DNA of 64,000 bases from an uncultured Prochlorococcus sp. (lineage in GTDB: Bacteria > Cyanobacteriota > Cyanobacteriia > PCC-6307 > Cyanobiaceae), in NCBI GenBank assembly GCA_902616595.1, contig CACMTJ010000001.1:114655-178654 (forward strand), given 5' to 3'. The notes under the pieces are model-generated. The model had not been told where the DNA came from. It saw nothing but the letters and a program-made list of their open reading frames with translations, and did not search any database. How positions within the stretch are numbered: the stretch's first letter is position 1; each line of letters starts with the position of its first letter. A program made the position numbers and the translations under genes. This document shows, piece after piece, positions 28,205-39,864 of the stretch.

Positions 28205-30183
28205 GATAATTCTTTCAGCTTTTCCAAAACAGAACTATCTTCAAGAGTGCTTATATCACCGCTAATTTTTTCTCCAGCAGCTAAAGATCTTAAAATTCGC
28301 CTCATAATTTTTCCACTACGTGTTTTTGGAAGAGAGTCAGAAATTATAATCTTTTCAGGCTTTGCGATAATTCCAATTTCATTAACAACATGTTTCTTTA
28401 GATCCTCTATTAATTCTGAAGAACCGTTCACGTCTTTCTCTAGAGATACAAAAGCAACTATAACTTCACCTTTTAAATAATCTTTTTTGCCAACGACTGC
28501 AGACTCTGCAACTGATTTATGACTTACCAAAGCAGATTCTATTTCCATTGTTCCTAACCTATGTCCTGAAACACTTATGACATCATCAACTCTTCCCATA
28601 ATCCATATATATCCATCTTCATCAATGCGTGCTCCATCTCCAGCAAAATAAACATTTTTTTCTCCTTTAAAGGAAATATATTCCCAATAACTCTCCAAAT
28701 ATCTCTCTGAGTTTCCGTGAATTGTTCTCATCATGCCTGGCCATGGTTTCTTAATAATTAGATAGCCACCCTCATTTTCTTTAACCTTATCTCCATTCTT
28801 ATCGACGATTTCAACTTCGATTCCTGGCAGGGGGAAAGTAGCCGAACCTGGCTTCGTAGCAACCACTCCAGGCAAGGGACTTATCATCACACCACCAGTC
28901 TCAGTTTGCCACCAAGTATCAACAATAGGGCATTTATTTTTACCAATAACATCTTTGTACCACATCCATGCTTCAGGATTAATTGGTTCTCCAACTGTAC
29001 CCAAAAGTCTAAGACTCTCAAGATTATATTTATCAGGGATTTCACGTCCAGACTTCATAAATGCTCTTATTGCAGTTGGTGCAGTGTAAAAAATTGAAAC
29101 CTTATATTTTTGAACAATTTCCCAAAAAGCCCCTAAATTTGAAGGTCTTGGCACTCCCTCATACATTAAGGTTGTAGCACCATTAGATAAAGGCCCATAA
29201 ACTATGTAACTATGACCTGTAATCCAACCAACATCCGCAGTACACCAGTAAATATCGTCATCTTTTAAGTCAAAAATCCATTTAAATGTCAAATGGGACC
29301 AAAGATTGTAACCACCCGTAGTGTGAACTACACCTTTGGGCTTTCCAGTAGAGCCTGAAGTATAAAGAATAAAAAGTCTATCTTCGCTATTCATTATTTC
29401 CGGTTCACACTGATCCAATTGATCTTTTAATAATTCGTGCCACCATAGATCTCTATCATCAACCATCGAAATATTTTTTTTGGATCGTTGAACAACAACT
29501 ACTTTTTCAACAACTTTATCTGCCCCACTTTCAATGGCCTCATCAACTGCTTTCTTAAGTTCAATGACCTTATCTTTTCTAAAGCCACCATCAGCAGTAA
29601 TAACAAATCTTGCGTTCCCATCAATTAACCTATCTTTTAAAGCTTCTGAAGAAAATCCTCCGAAGACAACTGAATGAGGCGCGCCAATTCTTGCACAAGC
29701 CAACATCGCAAACATCGCTTCAGGAATCATCGGCATATAAATACATACCAAATCTCCTTTTCTTACCCCAATTGCTTTTAATGCGTTAGCTGCTTTGCAT
29801 ACCTCTTTAAGGAGTTCTTCATAAGTATATTTTTTGCTATCTCCCGGTTCGCCTTCCCATATAAGTGCAGTCTTTCCTCCAAGTCCTCTCTTGATGTGTC
29901 TATCTAAGCAGTTATATGTAATATTGAGTTTCCCTTCTTTGAACCATTTAAAAAACGGCGCATTTTTGTTATCCAATACAGTTTGAAATGGCTCAAACCA
30001 ATCTAATTCAGATTTTGCAAAAGATTTCCAAAATTGAATAGGATTATCTGATGCCTGTTTTTTTAGACTTATTAATTCTTCTTGAGTACTAATATTTGAG
30101 TTTTCTGCAAATTTTTTTGATGGAGGAAAAATTCTCTTTTCTTCAAGTATGTTTTTGATTGAATTTTTTTTATCTAATGACAT
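28201..30183 (-). CDS. acs: Acetyl-CoA synthetase
   Basis: [32 protein letters not shown]. Confidence 0.97.
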   Translation of the reverse strand: MSLDKKNSIKNILEEKRIFPPSKKFAENSNISTQEELISLKKQASDNPIQFWKSFAKSELDWFEPFQTVLDNKNAPFFKWFKEGKLNITYNCLDRHIKRGLGGKTALIWEGEPGDSKKYTYEELLKEVCKAANALKAIGVRKGDLVCIYMPMIPEAMFAMLACARIGAPHSVVFGGFSSEALKDRLIDGNARFVITADGGFRKDKVIELKKAVDEAIESGADKVVEKVVVVQRSKKNISMVDDRDLWWHELLKDQLDQCEPEIMNSEDRLFILYTSGSTGKPKGVVHTTGGYNLWSHLTFKWIFDLKDDDIYWCTADVGWITGHSYIVYGPLSNGATTLMYEGVPRPSNLGAFWEIVQKYKVSIFYTAPTAIRAFMKSGREIPDKYNLESLRLLGTVGEPINPEAWMWYKDVIGKNKCPIVDTWWQTETGGVMISPLPGVVATKPGSATFPLPGIEVEIVDKNGDKVKENEGGYLIIKKPWPGMMRTIHGNSERYLESYWEYISFKGEKNVYFAGDGARIDEDGYIWIMGRVDDVISVSGHRLGTMEIESALVSHKSVAESAVVGKKDYLKGEVIVAFVSLEKDVNGSSELIEDLKKHVVNEIGIIAKPEKIIISDSLPKTRSGKIMRRILRSLAAGEKISGDISTLEDSSVLEKLKELS

Positions 30184-30277
30184 TAAATAAATCTATGCTT
30201 AATAAATTTAGTAGAAAAAATTAATGTTTTCAAAAATTTTAATATTAATTTAGCTCAAATATTTATTTCTAATAGAT

Positions 30278-31249
30278 CTAATAAATACGGCTTAGTACAA
30301 ATTCTGGAAGAGCCATTAAAGCTCTTTTATATTCTGAATCAGGAAGCCAGACTATAGCTTCTTTAGAAAGCATTGCAAAATCCTCAGCTAGTTTCCTAGA
30401 ACTTTCAATAGCTTTAGAGTTCATGATGATATTTAGAGCATCATCTAAATCATCTTTTTCAGCAAGTTCTCTGTTTATGAGAACTGACAATTGTTTATTT
30501 TCTTCTAGGGCATATAAAACTGGGGCAGTAAGATAACCACTAGCAAGATCACTTACAGCAGGTTTTCCAAGTTGTTTATCATTTCCAGTAAAGTCAAGAA
30601 TGTCATCTACAACTTGGAATGCCAAACCAATATTTTTGCCAAAATCGTACAACGAGGTTAAGTTTTCATTATTAATCCCACTCAAAACTCCAGCTGCTTT
30701 ACAACTATTGGCTATTAATGATGCTGTTTTACAATAACTTTTGTTGATGTATTTTGAAAAAGATTGAGCCGAATCAAATCTATTTAAATTTTGTTTGATT
30801 TCACCTTCTGCTAGATCCATTATTACTCTACTAAGTAATTTAACTACATTGACATTGTCAAGATTTGCTAGGTGCCAACTTGCTTGAGCGAATAAAAAGT
30901 CACCCGCCAAAACAGCAACTCTGGTATTAAATCTGCTATGAACTGTATCTACTCCTCTTCTTGTGGATGCCTCATCAACAACATCATCATGGACTAATGA
31001 GGCTGTATGAATCATCTCAGTTATTTCAGCAAGCCTTTTATGTTTGGTTGTCAAGCAAAATTCAGGAGATATAGCTTTTGAAATCAATAAAACTATACCA
31101 GGTCTCAACCTTTTCCCCCCAGCACTAAATAGGTGTTCTGCTGCGGCTTGAAGAATTGGGTGACCAGCTCCTATTAGATTTTTCAGTTCTAAAATAAGAT
31201 CATCAAGATCATTTTCAACTGGTTGTAGTAGCTCTGTTACTGTATTCAT
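30278..31249 (-). CDS. sds: Solanesyl diphosphate synthase
   Basis: GGKRLRP, LVHDDVVD, FQVVDDILD. Confidence 0.92.
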   Translation of the reverse strand: MNTVTELLQPVENDLDDLILELKNLIGAGHPILQAAAEHLFSAGGKRLRPGIVLLISKAISPEFCLTTKHKRLAEITEMIHTASLVHDDVVDEASTRRGVDTVHSRFNTRVAVLAGDFLFAQASWHLANLDNVNVVKLLSRVIMDLAEGEIKQNLNRFDSAQSFSKYINKSYCKTASLIANSCKAAGVLSGINNENLTSLYDFGKNIGLAFQVVDDILDFTGNDKQLGKPAVSDLASGYLTAPVLYALEENKQLSVLINRELAEKDDLDDALNIIMNSKAIESSRKLAEDFAMLSKEAIVWLPDSEYKRALMALPEFVLSRIY

Positions 31250-31276
31250 GATTGCCCTCTTTTATATCTTAAGGAA

Positions 31277-32071
31277 TCAAACATGCCTTCGGAGGTTAAC
31301 CAACCTAATTTCTTTATTAATTCCAAGCCAAATTTTTATTTTACTGGAAAACTCATCCCTTTCTGAAGTGACAAAAAATTTTACATTTTCGAAAGAAATA
31401 CTCTCATAGCAGTCAGTTTTTGGAATAGGAAAAGATTCATTAAATTTTTTTATTAATGCTACCGATGGATCAATAATTTTTATATTTGAATCTAATTTTT
31501 TTCTTAAAAAGTCATAAATTAAAGGATAATGACTACATCCAAGTATTAATTCTTCAATATTTTTGTTTATTAGTGGTCTTAAGTATAAGTCCGAAAGACT
31601 ATTTAACTTATCAAGATTTAATTTTTCTTTTTCAATTTCTGATACAAATTTTGGACATTCTTGCTGAAATATTATCGTATTCTCTTTTCTAGCATTTATA
31701 GCTTTCTTGTAATACGAAGATCGAACAGTTGTTTGTGTAGCTAGGACTCCAATTATTTGTTTATCAATTATTTCCGATACTGAGTTTATAAGGTCAAAAC
31801 AAGGGACCTTTAGATTATCTTTTAAAATATCAAGCGCACACGCATTTGTAGTGTTACAAGCAACTAAAAGTGCATCCAAATTCTTATCAACAAAAAAAGT
31901 ACAAATCTCGTTTGCAATTAATCTTATCTCTTTAGAATTTTTATTCCCAAAAGGTATTCTTTTTGTATCAGCCAAATAAAAAACTTCTACATCTTTACGT
32001 GTTTTTAGTAAAGAATTAAGGATAGTAAAACCACCTATTCCACTATCAAATATACCTATTTTAAGTTTCAC
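31277..32071 (-). CDS. murI: Glutamate racemase
   Basis: FDSGIGG, ACNT, LGCSHY. Confidence 0.94.
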   Translation of the reverse strand: MKLKIGIFDSGIGGFTILNSLLKTRKDVEVFYLADTKRIPFGNKNSKEIRLIANEICTFFVDKNLDALLVACNTTNACALDILKDNLKVPCFDLINSVSEIIDKQIIGVLATQTTVRSSYYKKAINARKENTIIFQQECPKFVSEIEKEKLNLDKLNSLSDLYLRPLINKNIEELILGCSHYPLIYDFLRKKLDSNIKIIDPSVALIKKFNESFPIPKTDCYESISFENVKFFVTSERDEFSSKIKIWLGINKEIRLVNLRRHV

Positions 32072-33153
32072 CCTACTTTATCTAGATATTCGAGAATACC
32101 TTTTGCAATTGCATAGGCTAATCTTTTTCGATGGGTTATTTTTTCTAATCTTCTTGCATCTAATCTTCCCGTTAAAAATCCAATTTCTACAAGTACTGCA
32201 GGCATCATAGTATTTTTAATTACATAAAATCGACCCTGTTTAACTCCTCGATCAGGACTCCCAGGGGAAACTATTAAAATTTGTTTTTGAATTCTTTTCG
32301 CAAGTAATCTTCCTCTCCACCCTCTGTAATAAAAGGTTTCCAATCCATTTATGTCTCTTCTTTTACCTCTTGAGGCATTTGCATGAATACTTACAAAGAT
32401 ATCTGCATCAGTATTATTAGCGATGGAAACTCTTGGAGGTAAATCCAAATCAACGTCATTTGTTCTAGTCAACCTTACTTTGACACCTTTCTCAAAAAGT
32501 AAATTTTTAACTATTTTTGAAACCTCTAGAACAACATCTGTTTCTCTAATACCCCTAATACCTATTGCTCCTGGATCAGGTCCTCCATGCCCTGGATCAA
32601 TTACAACCTCAAACTTATTTCGTTTTACATCTGGTAGTTTCAAATAACCATAATTATTTTTCCTTTTATGAATTAAATCTTGATTTGCTTTGATATTTCT
32701 CCTTTTCTTTTTAACTAAGCCTTCACCAATCTTTTTAAATGAGTATTTTGGGTTAAATAGTTTAATTCTCCATCTATTTTGATCTAAGCCAACCATTTGC
32801 CAAGTCAAAGGGTTCAAATAAGTCTCTTCCTTAAATTCAATTACTAGTCTTGTTTTACCCTTATCAGGTTTACCTAATCTAATTTCTTTTATTTGGCCAT
32901 TACCTTTTATTGTTCTAGGATTTTTTAATTCTCCTGGGAAATCTACCCAGAATCTGTCTCCCGAGATTTGGTTAGCCTTCTGAAAGTATGCTTTTAAATT
33001 TGTATTTGATTTAGTTCTTAATTCTAAAACCCCATTAGTATTTATAGCCCATGCCGCAAGAGCACTTGAAGCTTTAACTGGAAGGATTGAAGAATTTAAA
33101 AATAAAAAAACGGATAAATAACGAAAAAGTTTATTATCTAAAAACTTTATCAT
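32068..33153 (-). CDS. N-acetylmuramoyl-L-alanine amidase (AMIN + Amidase_3)
   Basis: IDPGHGGPDPGA, FVSIHAN, PAVLVEIGF, N-terminal signal. Confidence 0.92.
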   Translation of the reverse strand: MIKFLDNKLFRYLSVFLFLNSSILPVKASSALAAWAINTNGVLELRTKSNTNLKAYFQKANQISGDRFWVDFPGELKNPRTIKGNGQIKEIRLGKPDKGKTRLVIEFKEETYLNPLTWQMVGLDQNRWRIKLFNPKYSFKKIGEGLVKKKRRNIKANQDLIHKRKNNYGYLKLPDVKRNKFEVVIDPGHGGPDPGAIGIRGIRETDVVLEVSKIVKNLLFEKGVKVRLTRTNDVDLDLPPRVSIANNTDADIFVSIHANASRGKRRDINGLETFYYRGWRGRLLAKRIQKQILIVSPGSPDRGVKQGRFYVIKNTMMPAVLVEIGFLTGRLDARRLEKITHRKRLAYAIAKGILEYLDKVG

Positions 33154-33980
33154 TAGTTTGAAAACAATTTATTTTTTCTATGTTTAAGGCTTGGCATCTG
33201 CTCCCTAATTTTCTTTACTCTTTCTTTATCAGCAGGTGCTATTGCAGCTCCCTGAGTTTTTCCTGCATCAGATAAAACTGTACCCCAAGGGTCAATTACC
33301 ATTGCATGGCCATGACTTTGCCTTCTTCCATAATGAATCCCAGTTTGAGCTGGAGCGACTACATATGCTGTATTCTCAATTGCTCTTGCTTGTAATAGGA
33401 TTTGCCAATGATCTTTACCAGTAAATGCTGTAAAAGCTGCAGGGATCATAATTAGCTCTGCACCATTGGAAGATAAATATCTATAAAGTTCAGGGAATCT
33501 AACGTCGTAACAAATCGACAATCCTATTTTGCATAAACCTGGGACGTCTACAACAGGTGGATACTCTGCTCCAGATAAAATAGTAGATGATTCCTTGTAT
33601 AAATTTCCATCTGGCAAATCAACATCAAACAAATGAATCTTGTCGTATATTGCCAAAATCTGTCCATCTTTCCCAAATAAGGCTGACCTATTAAAAGTAT
33701 GACTATCATCACCAGCAGGGACTGGATACCCTCCTCCCAAAAGAAATACTTGATATCTTTGTGACATAGTTTTTAGAAAATTTGCACACTTCTCTGACAA
33801 TTCAGAAGCTAATTTAAGTTTTTCATCATCTCCTCCTAAAAAAGCAAAATTCTCAGGCAATCCTATTAACTCAGCACCTCTTCTAGCAGCTAATTCAATC
33901 TGTTCTTCTGCTTCAGTAAAATTTGCTTCAACATTTGAAGTACTTGTAATTTGCAATGCAGCTACCAAAAAATCAGTCAA
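33153..33980 (-). CDS. Carbon-nitrogen hydrolase (Nit1/deaminated glutathione amidase-like)
   Basis: LPENF, YDKIHLFD, ICYDVRFPE, QARAIEN. Confidence 0.9.
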   Translation of the reverse strand: MTDFLVAALQITSTSNVEANFTEAEEQIELAARRGAELIGLPENFAFLGGDDEKLKLASELSEKCANFLKTMSQRYQVFLLGGGYPVPAGDDSHTFNRSALFGKDGQILAIYDKIHLFDVDLPDGNLYKESSTILSGAEYPPVVDVPGLCKIGLSICYDVRFPELYRYLSSNGAELIMIPAAFTAFTGKDHWQILLQARAIENTAYVVAPAQTGIHYGRRQSHGHAMVIDPWGTVLSDAGKTQGAAIAPADKERVKKIREQMPSLKHRKNKLFSN

Positions 33981-34010
33981 GACTTTACTCCTAATGAACC
34001 AATTCGTAAA

Positions 34011-34745
34011 TCATGAGGCACGAATTACACCTCTTTCAACTTGAGCTGGAACAATATCTAGGCAATCAAGTTCAGAGCAACACTTAAAATCATCCTCATA
34101 ATTTCCAAGACTTGTCAATCTTTTGCCATGGGTTGCTGTTTTTAAACATTTCAAAATATCATTTTTCCAGACATCCCAAAGTGCCAAAGCAGCTTGTAAT
34201 TCATCATTCAGAATATTTATTTCGAAATCACAATTCTGTTTTAGGTATGAGGCCAAAGCTCCGGCAGCTAGGGAATCCTCAAGAGAATAAGAGCCTTCCC
34301 AACCACTACCAAGTATTAAAACATTTTCACTTTTTAATGCAATGATTTTTTCGGCAACTGCTTTCCTATTTGGGAGACCCATAGCAAATAAATGCTTAGC
34401 ATTTTGAACTTTTTGCAATGATTTAGTCCCATTAGTCGTACTCATAAATAGTCTTTTACCATTAACAACTTTTTTTGTAACTGATAAAGGAGAATTTCCT
34501 AAATCAAAGCCCTCAATCTTCTTTCCACCTCTCTCTCCAAGCATTAGTCTATTTTCAGCTTGCCACTTAATTGCAGATTCTTTTAATAAATTTAAATCCG
34601 CAAAAACTTGTATTGAATCAGCTCCATTTTTTAGAGCCCAAGAAATTGTGGTTGTAGCTCTTAAAACATCAATGACCACTGCAATGTCTGGACTAATTTC
34701 AGGAACATCCTTTGCAACGTGATAATAAGTAAGATTAATGATCAA
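34011..34745 (-). CDS. comB: 2-phosphosulfolactate phosphatase family
   Basis: VIDVLRATT, GERGG, GNSP, STTNGT, SLED. Confidence 0.9.
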   Translation of the reverse strand: MIINLTYYHVAKDVPEISPDIAVVIDVLRATTTISWALKNGADSIQVFADLNLLKESAIKWQAENRLMLGERGGKKIEGFDLGNSPLSVTKKVVNGKRLFMSTTNGTKSLQKVQNAKHLFAMGLPNRKAVAEKIIALKSENVLILGSGWEGSYSLEDSLAAGALASYLKQNCDFEINILNDELQAALALWDVWKNDILKCLKTATHGKRLTSLGNYEDDFKCCSELDCLDIVPAQVERGVIRAS

Positions 34746-34872
34746 ATCCTTTTTCTGAATTTATTATAGAAAACAGTTACTTAATTTGATTATTTTTTTT
34801 AAAAAACAAACTTATTGATAATATAAAACTAATTTGTTTTTACAGAAACCTTATCAAGTAATTAATTTGGAA

Positions 34873-36183
34873 ATGAATAATATCCGCACAATAAAAGGTG
34901 GAGTTAATTTAAAAGGAAGAGTAAAAGTACCTGGAGATAAATCTATTTCTCATAGAGCTCTAATAATAGGAAGTATTGCTAAAGGTGAGACGACTATTGA
35001 GGGGTTCTTACATTCTGAAGATCCACTTTCAACTGCTGATTGTCTAAGAAAGTTAGGTGTAAATATACCAGAAATAAAAAGAAATGAACCTTTTACGATT
35101 TCAGGATTGGGTCTTGATGGATTAAAAGAGCCAAAAGAAATTCTCAATTGTGGAAATTCAGGAACCACTATGAGGTTATTAATGGGTTTATTAGCCGCAC
35201 AAGAAGGTAAGAATTTCATTTTAACCGGGGACGCTTCTCTTAACGAAAGACCAATGGGGAGAGTTGGCAAACCGTTATCTTTGATGGGTGGCAAAATTTG
35301 CGGAAGGGAAGACGGTAACAAAGCTCCAATCTCAATTGATGGGAAAAAACTTAAGGGGTGTGTTATTGGAACTCCAGTGGCAAGTGCTCAAGTGAAATCG
35401 GCAATATTATTGGCAGGGCTCAATGCTTCTGGAACTACTTCTGTAATTGAGCCAGCATCTTCAAGAGATCATACTGAAAGAATGCTAAAAGCATTTGGTG
35501 CAGACATCAGTATCAGAGGAGAATTAGGAAGGAATGTAGTTATCAAGTCAGGAAGCAACTTAATTGGTCAGAGAATATTGATTCCTGGAGACATAAGCTC
35601 TGCTTCTTTTTGGATGATTGCTGCATCTATTGTTCCAAATTCAGAGGTTTTAATTCAGAATGTCGGATTAAATCCCACTAGAACAGGGATTTTAAATATA
35701 ATGGATTCAATGGGGTGTAATTATGAGATTTTAGATAAATCGACTATTGCAGGTGAACCTATTGGATCTATTAAAGTAAAGACTTCAAATAATTTAAGAT
35801 CATTCACTATTGAAGGAGATATTCTCCCAAAACTTATAGATGAAATTCCTATCCTTACTGTGGCTGCTTGTTTTTGTAATGGAGTTTCTGAAATTAAGGA
35901 TGCACAAGAATTAAGAGTTAAGGAGACAGATCGATTAAAAGTCATGGCAAGACAGTTACAAAAATTCGGTGCTGAAATAAAAGAAAAAGAGGATGGCTTA
36001 ATTATTAGTGGGCAATCAAAATTTCATTCTGCGGAGGTAGATAGTGAGACAGATCATCGAGTAGCAATGAGTCTTGCTGTTGCTTCACTTCTTGCCAAAG
36101 GTACCTCAAAAATCATGAGATCTGATGCTGCTAGCGTCTCCTATCCCACTTTTTGGGAAGAGCTGGCTAACCTAACGAAATAG
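34873..36183 (+). CDS. aroA: 3-phosphoshikimate 1-carboxyvinyltransferase (EPSP synthase)
   Basis: [45 protein letters not shown] at 34873 preferred. Confidence 0.97.
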   Translation: MNNIRTIKGGVNLKGRVKVPGDKSISHRALIIGSIAKGETTIEGFLHSEDPLSTADCLRKLGVNIPEIKRNEPFTISGLGLDGLKEPKEILNCGNSGTTMRLLMGLLAAQEGKNFILTGDASLNERPMGRVGKPLSLMGGKICGREDGNKAPISIDGKKLKGCVIGTPVASAQVKSAILLAGLNASGTTSVIEPASSRDHTERMLKAFGADISIRGELGRNVVIKSGSNLIGQRILIPGDISSASFWMIAASIVPNSEVLIQNVGLNPTRTGILNIMDSMGCNYEILDKSTIAGEPIGSIKVKTSNNLRSFTIEGDILPKLIDEIPILTVAACFCNGVSEIKDAQELRVKETDRLKVMARQLQKFGAEIKEKEDGLIISGQSKFHSAEVDSETDHRVAMSLAVASLLAKGTSKIMRSDAASVSYPTFWEELANLTK

Positions 36184-36195
36184 CCTAAAAAGTTT

Positions 36196-37101
36196 TTGTC
36201 TGAATTAATAGAAGTTTTAACTAAAGATGGTAGTTACTCTTTAAGAAGCGAGTTTTTCCAAGAGAACTTCCATAGTTTATTGGGCGCATTGGAGGAAACA
36301 AAGTCAAAGTTTACAGCTACTTCTAATTTGCAAAGATTTAAGGGCAAATCTCTCAATGTTTTGGATATATGTTTTGGTTTAGGATACAATTCCGCTTCTT
36401 TGTTAGATGAATTAATTAAACAAAAATCATATTTAAATTTGTATGCATTGGAGATTGATAAAAAGCCTCTAGAATATTCGCTTAGAAGTGAATCTTTCCT
36501 TAAATTATGGGATCCAAAAGTCAAAAAAATATTTGAATCACTTTATCTAAAAGATTACTTTGAGGATCCATTTTTTAAATGCTGTATTTTGTGGGGTGAT
36601 GCTAGAGAAAAAATCAACATTGTTCCTTCCTCTATTAAATTCGATCTGATTTATTTAGATGGTTTTTCTCCTCAAAAATGTCCACAACTATGGACAATTG
36701 AATTTTTATCAAAAGTTACTGAAAATCTTAATCCTCAGGGTTATTTAATAACTTATTCTTCATCAGCGGCAGTAAGAAAAACCTTAAGAAATCTTGGATT
36801 AGAAATTTTTACTATTAAGCAAAGTTTTATAAACAGACCTTTTTGGAGTCAGGGAACTGTCGCAATATCAAAATTTGACAAGAATAAATTGAAACCTAAT
36901 TTCAATTTTGAAAAGTTATCTTTAATGGAAGAAGAACATCTCTTAACTAAAGCTAGCATTCCATATAGAGATAAAGATTTGAACTCTAGTAAAGACGATA
37001 TAATTAGTAGAAGATTAGATGAGCAATTATTCTCAAATCTATTATCTACAAAAAAATGGAGAGAGAAGTGGGGAATGACGAAGTTATCCGTTAAGAGTTA
37101 G
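36196..37101 (+). CDS. MnmC-like (MnmD-domain) SAM-dependent methyltransferase
   Basis: [38 protein letters not shown]. Confidence 0.82.
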   Translation: MSELIEVLTKDGSYSLRSEFFQENFHSLLGALEETKSKFTATSNLQRFKGKSLNVLDICFGLGYNSASLLDELIKQKSYLNLYALEIDKKPLEYSLRSESFLKLWDPKVKKIFESLYLKDYFEDPFFKCCILWGDAREKINIVPSSIKFDLIYLDGFSPQKCPQLWTIEFLSKVTENLNPQGYLITYSSSAAVRKTLRNLGLEIFTIKQSFINRPFWSQGTVAISKFDKNKLKPNFNFEKLSLMEEEHLLTKASIPYRDKDLNSSKDDIISRRLDEQLFSNLLSTKKWREKWGMTKLSVKS

Positions 37102-37126
37102 ATTTAAATTAGGATTTCAAATAAAC

Positions 37127-38476
37127 ATGTTAAGTGTTGCGATATTAGCGGCAGGCAAGGGCACCAGGATGGAAAGCTCATTGCCAAAAGTTTTACATAA
37201 AATTTCTGGCAAAAGTCTTTTACAAAGAGTAATTGATTCATGTGTCGAATTAAAACCTGATCAAATTTTCGTAATTACTGGACACAAATCAAAAGAAGTA
37301 CAAAATTCAATCCCAAACGATAAAAAAATCCATGTTGTTGTTCAAGAACCTCAATCAGGAACAGGTCATGCTATCCAGGTACTTTGTAAAGAAGTAAAAA
37401 AACATGAAGGAAAACTTTTAGTACTTAACGGCGATGTGCCTCTCATAAGGCCTAGCACTCTAAAAAGACTTTTATATTTACACGATTCAAAAAATGCTGA
37501 TGTTTCTTTACTTACTACAAAGAAAACAAATCCTCATGGATATGGCAGAGTTTTTTTGAAGGGGGACTTTATTGAAAGAATTGTTGAAGAAAAAGATTGT
37601 AATGATCTAGAAAGAGAAAATACACTAATAAATGCAGGTGTTTACTGTTTTAACTGGGGTAACTTGTCAGAAATAATTAATACCTTGCAAAGCAATAATA
37701 ATCAAAAAGAGATTTACTTAACAGATACGATATCTTTGCTAAAAAGTTCCTTAAGCCTCAAGGTAGAGGATAATGGAGAGCTTCAAGGAATTAATAACAG
37801 AATTCAACTTTCAGAGTGCGAGGAAATTATTCAGAATTTAATTAAAGAAAAGCATATGCTTAATGGTGTAACTTTTATAAATAAAGCAAGTTGTTCAATT
37901 AGTGAAGAAGCTGAAATTGGTAAGGATGTAATTATAGAGGCAAATACACATATAAGAGGAAATACCAAAATAAATAGTCATTGCACTATCGGGCCAAATA
38001 CTTTTATTGAGAATTCTAATGTGGGATTAAATTGTGAAATTTCAAACTCGACTATTTATGCTTCTGAGATAATGGATTGTATAAAAATTGGCCCTTATAG
38101 TCATATAAGACCTAATTCCAAAATATCTTCCTCTAGTAAAATAGGAAATTTTGTTGAAATCAAAAATAGTCAATTAGAGGAAGAATCTAAAGTAAACCAT
38201 TTAAGTTATATTGGCGATTCTATTATTGGAAAATCTACAAATATTGGAGCAGGTACTATTACTGCAAATTTTGATGGTCAGAAAAAACATCAAACAAAAA
38301 TTGGTAAGAATTCCAATATTGGAGCAAATACAGTTTTTGTAGCGCCAATAAATCTCGGGGAATCAGTTACAACTGGAGCTGGTTCTGTGATCACAAAAGA
38401 CTCCAAAGATAATTCATTAGCAATCTCAAGAACTAAGCAAGTAAATATAGAAAATTGGGAAAGAAAGAAATCCTGA
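37127..38476 (+). CDS. glmU: Bifunctional GlmU
   Basis: [18 protein letters not shown], hexapeptide repeats, HLSYIGD. Confidence 0.96.
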   Translation: MLSVAILAAGKGTRMESSLPKVLHKISGKSLLQRVIDSCVELKPDQIFVITGHKSKEVQNSIPNDKKIHVVVQEPQSGTGHAIQVLCKEVKKHEGKLLVLNGDVPLIRPSTLKRLLYLHDSKNADVSLLTTKKTNPHGYGRVFLKGDFIERIVEEKDCNDLERENTLINAGVYCFNWGNLSEIINTLQSNNNQKEIYLTDTISLLKSSLSLKVEDNGELQGINNRIQLSECEEIIQNLIKEKHMLNGVTFINKASCSISEEAEIGKDVIIEANTHIRGNTKINSHCTIGPNTFIENSNVGLNCEISNSTIYASEIMDCIKIGPYSHIRPNSKISSSSKIGNFVEIKNSQLEEESKVNHLSYIGDSIIGKSTNIGAGTITANFDGQKKHQTKIGKNSNIGANTVFVAPINLGESVTTGAGSVITKDSKDNSLAISRTKQVNIENWERKKS

Positions 38477-38477
38477 T

Positions 38478-39851
38478 CTAATTAATTAATTCAATAATTT
38501 TTTCAAGTTGCCAACATCTGCTCCCTTTTATAAGAATAGAATCACCTTCTTTTGTAGATTTGTTTATCTCTTGTGGTACATCTTTAATGCTATTTAAAAC
38601 TAAAAATTTTTTCTTATCTTTTAAATAATTGGTGTAAATTTTTTCATTTTTTTTATCGCAAATGAATAAACACTTTTCTATGTCTGAATTATTTATTAAG
38701 TTGAATATTTCTTTATGATATTTTTCAGATTCTTCTCCCAATTCTTGCATACTTCCAAATATGAAAAATTTATTTCTCGGTTTTTCAAGCAGATTTGTTA
38801 AACATGCTTTTACTGACTCTGGCGAAGCATTATATGATTCATCATATATTGTTGTTTTTAATGATTTAAGAATTTTATTCCTTCCACCTAAACTTACAAA
38901 ATCAAATCTATTAAAACTTGCAAAATCAATACCTAGCTCTTTGGCAACTGCATAAGCAAATATGAAATTCGAAGCATTGTGAAATCCCTCAAATGAAATT
39001 TCAAAGGTATTTTCTTCAATTAAAATTGTTTTATTCAAAGGATTATAAAATCCTCGCAAATTATCATCTTTCTTAAAACTCTCCTTTTGATTCTCTATAT
39101 TTAATAGTTTTACTTTTATCACTCTTCCTTTCCAAACTTCCTTTAAAGTTTTTTCTAGGAATGGATCATTTGCGGGAATTATTACAACTCCCTCTGGATT
39201 TAAGAACTTAGTAATTTCACACTTTGCATAAGTAATATTTTTTTTCGAGCCTAATAATCCAATATGAGCTGTACCAATGTTAGTAATAACTCCAATATCG
39301 GGTTCACTATATTTAGATAAATTTTCAATCTGTCCAAGACCTCTCATCCCCATCTCAAGAACTAAAACTTTATCTTCTAAATCTGTAGCTAGAATTGAAA
39401 GGCCAACTCCAATCTCGTTATTGAAATTTTCATGAGATAATTTAATTCTTCCAAGTTTATTTAAAACTCCACCAATCATTTCTTTTGTTGTTGTTTTACC
39501 CACTGAGCCAGTTATTGCAACAACAGGAATATTTAATTTTTTTCTTTTTAGCAATGCTAATTTTTGAAATGCCTCCGTTGTGTCAGTTACAACCCAATAA
39601 GGAAAGTTACTAGGAAGTAAACTCTGCATCCCTTTTTTAATTACTACTGATTTAACTCCTTTATTTAAAACCTCTGGGAGGAAACTATGTCCGTCAAAAT
39701 TTTTACCATTTATAGCTATAAAAAGATCATTTTTTAATATAGTTCTACTATCAATACTTATATTTTTAAAATTTAAAAAATCTCTTTTCCCTTCACTCAG
39801 ATTTCTAATATCCCCCAAAACATCGTTCAATTCTGATAAAGAGAATTCCAT
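38478..39851 (-). CDS. murF: UDP-MurNAc-tripeptide D-Ala-D-Ala ligase
   Basis: DSR, TGSVGKTTTKE, NNEIG, EMGM, YNASP, KGSR. Confidence 0.95.
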   Translation of the reverse strand: MEFSLSELNDVLGDIRNLSEGKRDFLNFKNISIDSRTILKNDLFIAINGKNFDGHSFLPEVLNKGVKSVVIKKGMQSLLPSNFPYWVVTDTTEAFQKLALLKRKKLNIPVVAITGSVGKTTTKEMIGGVLNKLGRIKLSHENFNNEIGVGLSILATDLEDKVLVLEMGMRGLGQIENLSKYSEPDIGVITNIGTAHIGLLGSKKNITYAKCEITKFLNPEGVVIIPANDPFLEKTLKEVWKGRVIKVKLLNIENQKESFKKDDNLRGFYNPLNKTILIEENTFEISFEGFHNASNFIFAYAVAKELGIDFASFNRFDFVSLGGRNKILKSLKTTIYDESYNASPESVKACLTNLLEKPRNKFFIFGSMQELGEESEKYHKEIFNLINNSDIEKCLFICDKKNEKIYTNYLKDKKKFLVLNSIKDVPQEINKSTKEGDSILIKGSRCWQLEKIIELIN

Positions 39852-39864
39852 TAAAAAAATTAAG

